A DNA stretch of 41,657 nt from Chiloscyllium plagiosum (GCF_004010195.1 NC_057718.1:56447214-56488870); one strand, 5' to 3'; counted from the first letter of the stretch, positions 25,088 to 37,287 are shown. The notes: a model not told the origin generated them from the sequence alone. Program-made: numbers and translations.

Positions 25088-25295
25088 GGTGAAAGTGAGG
25101 ACTGCAAATGCCGAGAGTGTGAAGCTGGAAAAGCACAGCTGGTCTGGCAGCATCTGAGGAGCAGAAGAATCAACGTTTCAGACAAAAGCCCTTCATCAAG
25201 AATGAGGCTGTGAGCCGAGGGGGCAGTGAAATAAATGGGAGGTGGGTGAATCTGGGGGCAGGTAGCTGAGAGTGAGATAGGTAGATGGAGGAGGT
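25088..25295 (-). mobile_element. Penelope-type terminal repeat fragment with mutated hammerhead
   Basis: Homologous to 30361-30530. The core on - reads TTGATGA-A-GGGC TTTT GTCT-GAAA-CG-TT, so C3 is mutated. Confidence 0.7.
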
Positions 25296-25329
25296 AAATC
25301 TACTATATTGTCTTTCTGTGATTTTGTTG

Positions 25330-26165
25330 CTCAGCAACTACAGGTCAGTCAGCTCAACCTCTGAAGTGGAGGACTTTGAGAAAAAATGATTTTGGAAGAA
25401 ATTAATAGTCATTTGTGCAAACGTACATTAACTAAGGAGAAGGAGCCTGGATTTGTTAAGGTCAAATACCATTTAACAAATTTACTGGAGTAAGTAATCA
25501 CAGAGGGTTAATGAGGTTAACACTATGATATAGTATACATTTACTTCTGCAAAACAGACTTGCGAGCAGAATTAAAGCTCATAGAATAAGAGGGACAGAA
25601 ACTACATGAATGCAACTTTATTAAGTGACAGGAAATAAAAGTAGTGGCTAATGAATGTGTTTTGGATTGGAGGAAGGTTTATAATGCAACTCTCCAGGGG
25701 CATGCTTTGTTCTCTGCTCTGACCTAAACTTTGGTATAAGGACCAAATTTCAAAATTTGCAGACAATACAAAACTTGGAAATTTTGTGAACATGGAGGAG
25801 GGGGTGGAAGTGTAGACTTCAAAAGAACACAGACAAGTTGATGAAATGGAAAGACAAATGAAATATAATGCATAAATGATTCACCTTGGTAGGAAGAATG
25901 TGGTCAGACAGTAGAAAATAAAAAGTACAAGTTTGAGAGAGGTAGAAGTGCAGAGGGATCTGAGGGCATATGTACATCAATCACTGAAGGTGGCAGGACA
26001 GATTGAAAGAGCAAAACAGCATATAGTATCCTCTGCTTCATTATTGTGGCATAGAGTACAAAAGCAAAGAAGTTCTGTTAAGCTTTTACGGAAGCATGGC
26101 TTAGCCTCAGTTGGAGTATCACGTCCAGGTCTGGGCATCACACTTCAGAATGAATGTGAAGATAT
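25330..26165 (+). mobile_element. Old CR1 RT remnant; appears to continue at ~30150-30790
   Basis: GFVKVKYHLTNLLE, VYIYFCK, SKFADNTKLG and VQRDL remnants. Confidence 0.75.
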
Positions 26166-27516
26166 CAGTGAATTATTTCTTCTATTCATTTGTGGGATGT
26201 GGGTGTTGCTGGCCTGTCTCCAGGTATTTATTTATTGCCATCCCGAGTTGCCCTTGAGAAGGCGGTGGTGAGCACCTTGTTGAACTGCTGCAGTCCACCT
26301 GTTGACTTACAATGCCATTAGGGAGGGAGTTCCAGAATTTTGACCCAGTGACAGTGAAGGAATGGCAATATATTTCCAAGTCAGGAGGGTGAGTGGCTTG
26401 AAGAGGAACTTGAAGGTGGTACTGTTCCCACATATCTGCTGCCCTTGTTCTTCTAGATAGAAGTGGCCATAAGTTTGGAAGGTGCTGTCTGAGGATCTTT
26501 GGTGAATTTCTGCAGTGCATCTTGTAGATAGTACACACCGCTGCTACTAAGCATTGGTGGTGAAGGGAGTGGATGCAGTGCCAATCAAATGGACTGCCTT
26601 GTTCTGGATGGTATCAAGTGTCTTGAGTGTTGTTGGGGCTGCACTCATCCAGGCAAGTGGGGAATATTGCATCACACTCCTGACTTGTGCATTGACGATG
26701 GTGGACAGGCTTTGAGGAATCAGGTGAGTTACTTGCTGCAATATTCCTGGCTTCTGACCTGTTCTTGTAGCCAATGTTTATGTGGTGAGTTCAGTTGAGT
26801 TTCTGGTCAATGACAATCCCAAGGATATTGACGGTGGCAGATGCAGTGATGGTAACACCGTTGAATACCAAGGGATAGTGTTTAGATTGTCTCTTATTAG
26901 CCTGGCATTTGTGTGTCGTGAACGTTACTTGCCACTTGTTAGCCCAAGTCTGGATATTGTTCATCGTATTGCATTTGGATACTGACTGCTTCAGTGTCTG
27001 AGTCATCCTGAATGGTGCTGAACATTTCACAATCATTGGCAAACATCCCAACTTCTGACCTTATGATGGAGGGAAGATTATTGATGGAGCAGCTGAAAAT
27101 GGTTGGGCCTGGGACACTACACTGAGGATCTCCTGAAAAGATGTCCTGGAGCTGAGATGACTGACCTCCAACGATCATTACCATCTTCCTATGTGTCAAT
27201 TCCAGTTTTGATAGGGCTCCTTGATGCCACACTCGGTCAAATGCAGCCTTGATGTCAAGGGCTGTCACTCTTATGTCACCTCTGGAATTCAGCTCTTTTG
27301 GCTGTGTTTGGACCAAGGCTGTAATGAGGTGAGGGGTTGAGAAGCCAGGGCGGAACCCAAACCGGGCATCACCGAGCAGGTTATTGCTAAGCAGCTGCAC
27401 TGTTGCAGACACCTTCCATCACCTTGCTAATGATAGAGAGTAGACTGATGGGACTGATGGGACAGTAATTGGCCAGATTGGATTTATCCTGCTTTTTATG
27501 TACAGGACATACTTTC

Positions 27517-28771
27517 AACTTTCCACTGACACCCTCCTTCGACTGACTGAACTGGTCCTCACCCTGAACAACTTCTCTTTCCAATCCTCCCACTTCCTCC
27601 AAACCAAAGGAGTAGCCATGGGCACCCACATGGGCCCCAGCTATGCCTGCCTCTTCGTAGGATATGTGGAACAGTCCATCTTCCGCAGCTACACTCGCAC
27701 CACCCCCCCAACTTTTCTCCGCTACATCGATGACTGTATCGGCGCTGCCTCGTGCTCCCACGAAGAGGTTGAACAGTTCATCCACTTTACCAACACCTCC
27801 CACCCCGACCTCAAATTCACCTGGACAGTCTCAGATTCCACCCTCCCCTTCCTCGACCTTTCTATTTCTATCATTCACCAACACCTTCCACCCCGACCTC
27901 AAATTAACCTGGACCGTCTCAGACTCCTCCCTCCCCTTCCTAGACCTCTCCATTTCTATCTTGGGCAAATGACTCAACACAAACATTTACTACAAACTGA
28001 CCGACTCCCACAGCTACCTGGACTACACCTCCTCCCATCCTGCCCCCTGTAAAAACGCCATCCCATTCTCCCAACTCCTTCGTCTCCGCCGCATCTGCTC
28101 CCAGGAGGACCAGATCAAAATACGTACAACACAGATGGCCTCCTTCCTCAAGGACCGCAATTTCCCCCCCGACATGGTCGACGGTGCCCTCCACCGCATC
28201 TCCTCCACTTCCCGCTCCTCCGCCCTTGAGCCCCGCCCCTCCAACCGCCACCAGGACAGAACCCCACTGGCCCTCACCTACCACCCCACCAATCTCCATG
28301 TACAGCGCATCATCCGCCATCACTTCCGCCACCTCCAAACAGACCCAGCACCAAGGATATATTTCCCTCCCCTCCCCTATCAGCTGTCCGTAGAGACCAC
28401 TCCCTCCGCGACTCCCTTGTCAGATCCACACCCCCCACCGACCCAACCACCACTCCCGGCACCTTCCCTTGCAACCGCAGGAGGTGCAACACCTGCGCCC
28501 ACACCTCCCCCCTCACTTCTCTCCAAGGCCCCAAAGGAAAATTCCATAGGAGGTCAAGGGAGGCTCTGGCCTATCACCCTCACCTTGACCTCCTTCCACA
28601 TAACGCATTTCCAATGCCCCTCCCCCAAGTCCCTCCTCCCTACCTTTTATTTTAGCCTGCTGGACACACTTTCCTTATTCCTGAAGAAGGGCTTATGCCT
28701 GAAACGTCGATTCTCCTGTTCCTTGGATGCTGCCTGACCTGCTGCGCTTTTCCAGCAACACATTTTCAGCT
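27517..28771 (+). mobile_element. 5'-truncated Penelope-like element (RT core + pLTR) flanked by a 9-bp direct repeat
   Basis: LVLTLNNFSF..HFLQTKGVAMGTHMGPSYACLF..FLRYIDD..LPFLD. CATACTTTC occurs at 27508-27516 and 28772-28780. Confidence 0.93.
28677..28712 (+). ncRNA. Minimal hammerhead ribozyme motif in the Penelope pLTR
   Basis: ATTC-CTGAAGA-A-GGGC(TTAT)GCCT-GAAA-CG-TC-GATT; GUC triplet, weak stem I. Confidence 0.7.
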
Positions 28772-30216
28772 CATACTTTCCACTTTGTTGGGTAGATACC
28801 AGCGTTGTAACTGTTCTGGAGCACAAGTCTTCAGCACTATTGCTGGAATGTTATCAGGGCTCTTAGCCTTCACTGTATGCAATGACTCCAATTGTTTCTT
28901 GATATTCATGTGGAGTGAATCAAATTGGCTGAGGACTGGTATCTGTAATGCTGGGGTCAATGGGAGGAGGCAGAGATGGATAATTCACTTGGCACCTCTG
29001 GCTGGATTGCTGCAAAAATTTCAGTCTTATCTTTTGCATTGATGTGCTGGACTCTAACATTGAGGATGGGGATATTTGTGGAGCCGCCTCCTCCAGTGAG
29101 TTGTTTAATTGTCCACCACTATTCACAACTGAATGTGGCAGGACTACAGAGTTTAGATCAGATCCGTTGGTTGTGGGAATACTTAATTCTGCCTAACACT
29201 TGCTGCTTGGCGTGCAAGTAGTGCTGTTTGGTTGCTTCACCAGATTGACACCTCATTTCAAGAATACCTCGTGCTGTTCCTGGCTTGATGGTAATGGTTG
29301 AGTGGGGAATATGGCGGGCCATGAGATTTCAGATTATGCTGGATTACAGTTCTGCTGTTGTTGATGGCCCTCAGTGTCTCATGGATGTCCAGTCTTGAGT
29401 TGCTAGATCTATTCAAAGTCTGTCCCGTTGAGCACAATGATAGTGCCACACAGCATGATGAAGGTTATTCTCAATTTGAAGGTGGGTCTTTGACTCCCAA
29501 GAACAGTGCGGTGGTCACTCTTACCAATACTATCATGGACAGATACATCTACAGCTGGCAGATTAGTAAGGATGAGGTAAAGTATGTTTTTCCCTCTTGT
29601 TGGTTCCCTCATCACCTACTGCAGACCCAGTCTAGCAGCTATGTTTTTTAGGACATGACCAGCTCGACATGTAGCTGCTGTTTAGCCACTCTTGGTGGTG
29701 GATATTGAAAATCCCCCACCCAGAGTACATTTTGTGCCCTTGCCATTTTGTGCTCCGTCTCAACTATATACCATTGTGCTGCCACCTCTTGCCAGGTTTG
29801 TCCTGCCAGTGGGATGGTGATGTATGGGACATTGTCTGTAAGTATGATTCTAAGAGTTTGACTTTTGTCAGGCTGTTGCTCAAGACAGCTGAGACAGCTA
29901 TTCCAATTTTGGCACTACTCCCCAGATGTTAGTAAGGACGACTTTGGAGGGTCAATGGGGCTGTTTCTGTCGTCATCTTTTCTGGTGCCTAGTTTGATCA
30001 CAGGTGATCCATCCAGTTTCATTTTTTTTTGAGACTTTGTAGTGATTGATACAACTGAATGGTTTGCTAGGCCATTTCAGAGGGCAATTGAGAGTCAACA
30101 ATGTTGCTGTGGGTCTGGAGTCACACGTAGGCCAGATGAGGATGGCAGAATGTGGAAGAGATTCAAAAACATTATTTCAGGGTCAGAAAACTTAGTTATG
30201 TAGGTAGAATATGTAG

Positions 30217-30531
30217 CTGAAAATGTGTTGCTGGAACAGCGCAGCAGGTCAGGCAGCATCCAGGGAACAGGAGAATCGACATTTCGGGCATAAGCCCTTC
30301 TTCAGGAATGAGGAAAGTGTGTCCAGCAGGCTAAGATAAAAGGTAGGGAGGAGGGCTCCACCCTACCTTTTATCTTAGCCTGCTGGACACACTTTCCTCA
30401 TTCCTGAAGAAGGGCTTATGCCCGAAACGTCGATTCTTCTGTTCCCTGGATGCTGCCTGACCTGCTGCGCTGTTCCAGCAACACATTTTCAGCTCTGATC
30501 TCCAGCATCTGCAGACCTCACTTTCTCCTCC
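30217..30531. mobile_element. Non-autonomous palindromic Penelope-derived element with 15-bp TSD and two oppositely oriented hammerheads
   Basis: Arms 30215-30353 and 30356-30494 are reverse complements with 3 mismatches. AGGTAGAATATGTAG occurs at 30202-30216 and 30532-30546. Hammerhead cores at 30404-30431 (+) and 30278-30305 (-). Confidence 0.9.
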
Positions 30532-31293
30532 AGGTAGAATATGTAGTCAATCTGAAACTGTTTTTCTTGGAGAGTGTTGAGAAGAGATTTGATAGAGGTA
30601 TCCAAAATTATTTGGGGTCTGGACAGAGTAGATGGGGAAAATTTCCTATTAGAACTGGAGAGCACAGATGACTGGTAAAAGCAGCAATGGCCTTTGGAAG
30701 GAAAATCTTCATGCTGCGAGTATTTAGAATTTGGAAGGCACTGCCTAAGTGTAATTGTTACAAAGTCAATAGAGTATATGTTCATTTTAAGACAGAAAAT
30801 GTTTTCTGAATTTATAAAGTAAATTTAAAGTACAGCCACAGCTGCAGAACAGAACAGCTAAAAGATGGGCTGTCCCAAAGTAGATATATGTAGCAAATGG
30901 CTGTTAAATGAGTACCTGAGTTTTGGTTGCTGTTTTGACAACAATTCAAATTTAACCAATTAATATAAATTATGCCCAGCATACTAAAACTCAGTTGAGT
31001 TTGAATTTATTGTATTGGCAACATGACAGGTTACAGTATTGGGTGGTACAAAACCAGGACATTTGAAAATGGGTCAGAGCAACTGCCACCGAACAGCAAA
31101 GCAACTGCCATGGAGCTGGAGAGCTAACTGCCCACTGAACATCTTGCTCTCAAAGAAATAAGGCGGCACCCTATATCAAAAGGTACCTTTTCCTGCAGAA
31201 GTAGTAAAAATGATGACCCAGGGAGATCAGGTGAAAGATAGAAGACAGTGGAGAAGACAGAGACTACGTGGACTTAAATCTCAAGTTTATGTA

Positions 31294-31642
31294 ATTAGAT
31301 TAGATTCCCTTCAACATGAAACAGGCCCTTCGGCCCAACAAATCCACACCGATCCTCTGAAGAGTATTTCACCAGACCCATTCCCCTACCCTATATGTAC
31401 CCCTGACTAATGCATCTAATACTATGGGCAATTTAGCATGGCCAATTCACCTGACCTGTACATCTTTGAATTGTGGGAGGAAACCGGAGCACCCGGAGGA
31501 AACCGGAGCACCCGGAGGAAACCCACACAGACACAGGGAGAATGTGCAAACTCCACACTGACAGTCACCCGAGGTAGGAATCAAATCTGGGTCCCTGGCG
31601 CTATGAGGCAGCAGTGCTAACTACTGAGCCACCGTGCCACCC
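31294..31642 (-). mobile_element. HE1-type SINE (more diverged; 19-bp internal duplication)
   Basis: Collinear with 3376-3714; one extra GGAGGAAACCGGAGCACCC unit. Confidence 0.88.
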
Positions 31643-32102
31643 CTGTTTGGATTTGTTAATAGTTTTTGTTTTGCGTTTTATTAGGGAAATAAATTGTTAA
31701 TTTCCTTTAAATAGTGGAAATTAGGAGTTCTCTATCACTCTCACATTTTTAACTGAGTACGAGGCAAGTTTTTCAGGGTGTTTGGTTTTAATTAGTAGAG
31801 GGTTTAGACTTCTGCATTGTTAAATGGAGTCAGGTTCAATCAAAGCTCTCAAGAGGGAACTGGTTTATTATTCAAATAGGAAGAACAAGCAAGACTGAGG
31901 GGAAAATGCAGCAGAGTTACACAAGATGAATTGTTTCTTCGGAGAGTCAGCACAGATACATTGGGCTAATAGTCCTCCTGAACTATAACTGTTCTAAGAT
32001 TCTGAAATAACTGCAGAAAATTGTATAATTATTAGTACGCAAGAAGATTCTAAAAATGCTGCTAATAAAACACAAACACATACATGAATGATTTTGAACT
32101 AG

Positions 32103-32108
32103 TTTATT
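32103..32108 (-). terminator. Probable polyadenylation signal of the MSK-like gene (3'UTR ~32085-35161)
   Basis: AATAAA on - followed ~25 nt later by the GT-rich element TGTGTTTGTGTTTT (32067-32080). It ends an AT-rich, repeat-poor 3 kb stretch. Confidence 0.65.
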
Positions 32109-35100
32109 GGAAAATACAAGCACTTTTCCACTCTGTAAAGAACGTTGCTGCTTGAAGTGTTTTTGTTTCCTGTACCCAATTACTCTAATAGAGACAAATA
32201 AATATATTTAAAATTAAACTGCACAAAAAGCAAACTATATAAAAATCAAAATATTGTGTTTAAAGAAAGAACACATCAGGAAGATGGTATTTCATTTCTT
32301 TACTCAAAGCAGACATGTGATTAGTAATAATTTACAACTGCAGACATACAGAATAGAAAATAGCTTGCAACAGTTATGACTATTTTTCCTAGACCAGCTA
32401 GAATATCTTATTCATTAAAAGAATTTATAATTGAACTTATAACAATACTTTTTAACAGATTACAGACAAAACTTCAGAACTATTATTAAAAGCTTGCCTG
32501 ATCTCACATAGCTGATACATTATCAGAGTAGTGGAAGCAGATTTCTCTTTCTTGATAGGAAGTGAAATTTATTTCAAAATAGGTATTTATTACACAGTGA
32601 AGTTTTAAAATATATTTGAAGTATGATAATTATTAATGCTTATTTACAAACACAAATATTCTTTATTGCTTTATTTAATAGCTTATATCAGCAATAATTA
32701 CCCAGTTTACCTAAATATGCTTCTCCATCTATATAACTAATTTCTTGCATCTAGCACATGTTCATAACATTAACCCTTTCAAAGGTTTCTCATGTGAAAG
32801 TAATGTTTCAGAGGTATTAGACGTCATAGCATCATGCATCTGTTAAGTTATTATTTCAGGCAATTATAAGAAGTTTGTTTTGAGTTACCAAGTAAATGTG
32901 ATTGAATTCAAAGTAGTACAAGGTAACAATATGATAGAGTAAACAGGGACAATAAGAGCATTTAGTTCCTTCAGATTTTTAACAAACTATATGCATAAAT
33001 GAAGTACTGCAAAAAAAATTTCTGAAACAATTACTTATGCATTTTACAGCTACAATATTGCCTGAGTCACCAACTGAATAAACCTGAATAATAAAATTTA
33101 TGACTGGAGATTTAATTACATCTCTTTGTTTTTTCTCCCAGTCTAGTTCAATGTGTTGGATCAAGGACTTCAATTTGATGAAATCACTGCTATGGGCAAA
33201 GTATTGCTGTAGTTTCCCATTGCCTTCTGTATGATGGTTGACCAAAAGTCTCTCCCACTCTTGCCATCTGCCATCAGACATACAGAAGGACTTACAGGCT
33301 GATAGTCAATCTGTTTGGCCACTTTACAAACATACTTTCCATTGCCAAAAAGTTCCTGCCACGGGACTCTAAATTGACCTTTTGACCTAGACGTACAGAC
33401 GTAACAGACGTTGTACCATAAGACAACCTATTAATAACAGAACAAAATAATCAAAATGTTTTCACTTTTCCCAGGAAAACACCCAACATCTGTTGGAAAC
33501 ATGTTCAATAATTTTTTTTCTATGAGGTCTACCTATTTTCATCTGCCTTCATTTTTGCACCCTCTTCACAACAAACTACTTTCCATGGGCTGTGTTTCTT
33601 CAGCTTAGTGCTGAAGCCCATGATGGCTGTGATTCCCAAATTCCCAAAGAACACCAGAAGGAATTCACTCATACTTGCTTTTAAAAAGTCTACCTACAGA
33701 TCATTCTGAAGCCAATTATATTTCATATAATACCACTACAAAAATACACAACTCCCTCTCAGTTCGTACTTCATGCACTGTTTCTGGAATTCAAGAACAT
33801 TAACACACAAAGTTCTTCCAGTCAGAACTGTATGACACATCTTTGGCCCTCAATGATTCCAGGCCCCTGAGATAATTCACCTGTTCCCAGCCCAATAACG
33901 CCCATCTATCTTTACAGCAACATTATTGCAAAGAATAACAAACCTAAAACATAAGAAAATAAACTGCCATTAAATGCATGCTTGTTCCAAGAAATCTGTT
34001 TGCAAAATGTAATATCTCTGTGCCACCATTGCTGTGTTTCTTATGATTGCTGCTTTTTCCTCTATTCCAGAAGATCCATTTAAAGCATTATCATAGTCCT
34101 ACAAAATTGCAATTTGTCAGGAGTCAGGTTGCTTAGTTTTCCACGATCGGGCTGCGATATTTTCAATGATTCGAGATTCTAAAGTAACAGCTTTTGAAGC
34201 ACCCTATTGATGATATTTTTTACAAAATTACAAAATACACATCAAGCACATTTAACACACTCACAGTTCACAATAACTCTCCCTATCCCCCAACAATTCT
34301 TACTGCTAATGCCCATCTACTCCGCCTAATCCTCCTCTAATTATCTGTCAGTGGTTAGCGCTCTAATTGCTTATTCTTTCTCAAGAACCCCAAAAAGTTA
34401 AGATGACCATGCCACCCAAGTTGTTTGTAAAACATTTCTTTCTATATCTTTAGCCCATTCTTACTAGAAATCAAACATGAAAATTCTCTACCAAGGTTGA
34501 ACAGTAAATAGATGCTGCACCGAAACAAAACCAGAATCATAGCTACGTCTAAGTATGAGACAATTCACCTTCACAACAGAAACACACCCTTAAAATCATC
34601 ATTATTTCACCATTAAGCTGTTAAATTTTCAACTCTAAGCCACATGGTTATTCAAATTTGCACTCTAAAGCTGCTTCTCTTTGCATCAGAGAACAAGCTT
34701 CATTGTTTGGTAATATACAAGAATGCTTTTCTGTAAAATACTCACACTTTTATAACAAAGTTGCCTTTTGAGCTCTTTTTACAAGATGCAATTATTGACT
34801 TGCATTTTTTGTGCTTCAGGAGGTCCAAGGGAAGTTTTGCTAAAACTGACTAAAGGAGAAAAGACTAGGAAAGGTGACAAAAAGCTTGGTGGAAGAGGTG
34901 AGTTTAAAGAACACAAAAATTAGGAGCAGGAGTAAACCATTCAGTTCCTTGAACCTGCTCCACCATTCAATAGAATTGGAAGGCCATCAATGAAGAGTAA
35001 GTGGGATTGAGTGGATGGGAAAGGGGGCAGACAGGAGGAAAAGTTGGAGTACCAAAGGGTTTTAGAGAAAGATTCCACAGTTTGGCACCTGGGTGACCAA

Positions 35101-35161
35101 AAGTACAGCTGCCAATCAATCTTAAAAGGCAATTAAATATTGAAAATTACTATTATAATAG

Positions 35162-35428
35162 CTAGATTGAAGCATCATTGAAACTACTGCTTAAAGTTTC
35201 AGAAAATTGAAAGACACTTGCAGATGTTTTTGCTGGTAGAGGAACTTGGACGATACATATGGGAGATGTTCTGCCATGAGACTGAGATGAAGAAGAAATT
35301 GAGCTTTCACTAGAACTGCTCCGAGTCTCTGTACTTGTGCTACTTTTCTTCATCTTTCGTCTCTTTGCCAAAGGAGCGTTTTCAACACTTTGGAGGAAAA
35401 ATCCTTCTCTCTTGCACTTATTAACAGC
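35162..35428 (-). CDS. RPS6KA5-like: MSK-family kinase last coding exon (AVNKCKREGFFLQSVENAPLAKRRKMKKSSTSTETRSSSSESS...DASI*)
   Basis: Acceptor ttctactttag|GCT; 89 codons including TAG. Has the MAPK-docking/NLS motif LAKRRK and an MSK1-type Ser-rich tail. Confidence 0.93.
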   Translation of the reverse strand, partial: AVNKCKREGFFLQSVENAPLAKRRKMKKSSTSTETRSSSSESSISSSSQSHGRTSPICIVQVPLPAKTSASVFQFSETLSSSFNDASI

Positions 35429-36144
35429 CTAAAGTAGAAAGCAATACTCAAAATATAATATAGTCATAACAAATGTAACATTACATAAAATATTCTTGAA
35501 AGATTTCCTGACATCCTAGTTAAATGCATTGGAGAACTGTAGGATGATGGGATTAATTTAACTGTTCACAATGTGAGGTTGTCTAATTTTGATAAAGTTT
35601 TCAATGCTGACAAGGTGATACCACATATTCTTTCCAATTGCCAATTTTTCCCAAGCTACTTCCAGCTCTAAAACAGGTGTGGTGTGCACCAAGAAACATG
35701 AGAAACCAGGTATGTAAAATGCCATAAAGAATTATTTTTAGCTTGTCAATTTTCCAGCCTTCTCTTCTGAAGGTTTTCAACTTTGTGATGGGGTACAGTT
35801 CAAAAAGGTAGAAGGCAACCTCTACTATTTCATCCATGTGGCTATTATTCATGAACAAATTTCTAGCAGTTCAATTTTCTAGACTTAAATCCAGATGCCA
35901 ACAACTATCTAGTTACCAACTACTGGATGGCCTCAGCAACTTGTTGGAACATGGTCACATTTGAAATATATAAATAAGCTAGAACTTACATTGTGGGAAG
36001 GGGACATAATGTTTCAAGCTAATCCTAACATTTGAGTAGCTTTGTAAATGTGATATTTGTGTTTACTTCATGAATAATAGTGCACTATATTTGAAAAATC
36101 TTCAAAATAGTTTTGATTTTTTTGAAAAGAACACTGCTTTGGAG

Positions 36145-36342
36145 CAAAATCTGAAAGAACTGTGGATGCTAAAAATCAGAAACAAAAACCGAAATTGCTG
36201 GAAAAGTTCAGCAAATCTGGCAGCATCTGTGGAGAGTAATCAGAGTTAATATTTCAGCTGCAGTGATCCTTCCTCAGAAGAGTTCTCTTCACAGATGCTG
36301 TCAAACATGCTGAGCTTTTCCAGCAATTTCAGTTTTTCTTAC
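36145..36342. mobile_element. Short inverted-repeat element of the Penelope-terminus type with a degenerate hammerhead on -
   Basis: GAAATTGCTGGAAAAGTTCAGCA..TGGCAGCATCTGTG pairs with CACAGATGCTGTCA..TGCTGAGCTTTTCCAGCAATTTC; the spacer on - reads CTGAGGA-A...GAAA. Confidence 0.7.
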
Positions 36343-36417
36343 TGCCTTGGAATAAACTGACAAAACAATGCAGAGACATTGCTGTAATATTATCATTCCA
36401 GTTTAATTTCTGATTTA

Positions 36418-36597
<180 letters not shown>

Positions 36598-36610
36598 TCA
36601 TATGTACTGT

Positions 36611-37287
36611 CATTCTAAAATATCCCAAATAGATACAGGTATATTAAAAAAAAAATCCCTGGTATATTTTTATGAATGTATGTGTATTATCTATATGTAC
36701 ATTTACTTGTAAATAATAAATAAGCAACATATTAGTTTACATAAATGTCTTTTGTTGCAACACTACCTGAGCAATTTATTTGCAATTTTAAAATTGAAAG
36801 GTACATTACCTTGCACCAGCTCTTTAGCTTCTTGAGAAACATTGTTCCAGACTTCTCCAGCAAGCGAGTAGTTTCCCTCTTTTGTTGTTCTTGTTTTTTC
36901 ATCAATACTCGATATCACAGTTCGCTGCATATTTTGGAAAGGAATCAGTCCAGACAACATTGTATACTAGAATGCAACAAAATACATAACCATTATAATT
37001 GGCTATTTTCAAAGCAATGGAACATAGTAAATATTTGGGTAATTAGGAATTATATGTAGTCCCATTCTAATCTTTAAAAGATTCCAAATAGATAAAGGTA
37101 CATTTAAAAAAAACTATTCCCTGGTCTACTTTTATCTACGTATGTGTATTATCTATACATATGTACACATTTGTAAATAATAAATAAGCTACATCATTTA
37201 GTTTACATAAATGTGTTTTATTGCAACACTACCTGAACTAGGTTTCTAAGTAATGGAAAATGTAGTAAATATTTGGGTAATTAGGAG
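36611..37287. repeat. Local direct duplications around a kinase exon: ~160-175 bp at 36611-36770 and 37063-37236; ~35 bp at 37016-37049 and 37252-37287
   Basis: Shared CCAAATAGATA, GTATGTGTATTATCTATA, TTGTAAATAATAAATAAGC, TTAGTTTACATAAATGT and TTGCAACACTACCTGA; the second pair shares TAGTAAATATTTGGGTAATTAGGA. Confidence 0.9.
36810..36966 (-). CDS. RPS6KA5-like: MSK-family kinase exon (YTMLSGLIPFQ...WNNVSQEAKELVQ-G)
   Basis: Acceptor cattctag|TAT, donor CAAG|gtaatg; 157 nt, phase 0-1; in frame with both neighbouring exons. Confidence 0.9.

Larger units (their letters stand above)
26175..30150 (-). mobile_element. Decayed CR1-group LINE (EN+RT) inserted antisense into the older CR1, itself interrupted by a Penelope element
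   Basis: On -: REPTRGKNILYLILTN and SDHRTV (EN), KSPDNIP, PVHKKQDKSN.ANY.PISLLS, FGFRPG, ALDIKAAFDRVWH, MFAND. Confidence 0.88.

Noticed and set aside
30215..30494. miRNA precursor or CRISPR-like array
   Set aside because: The arms are Penelope terminal sequence with a TSD; there is no repeat-spacer array and the context is eukaryotic.
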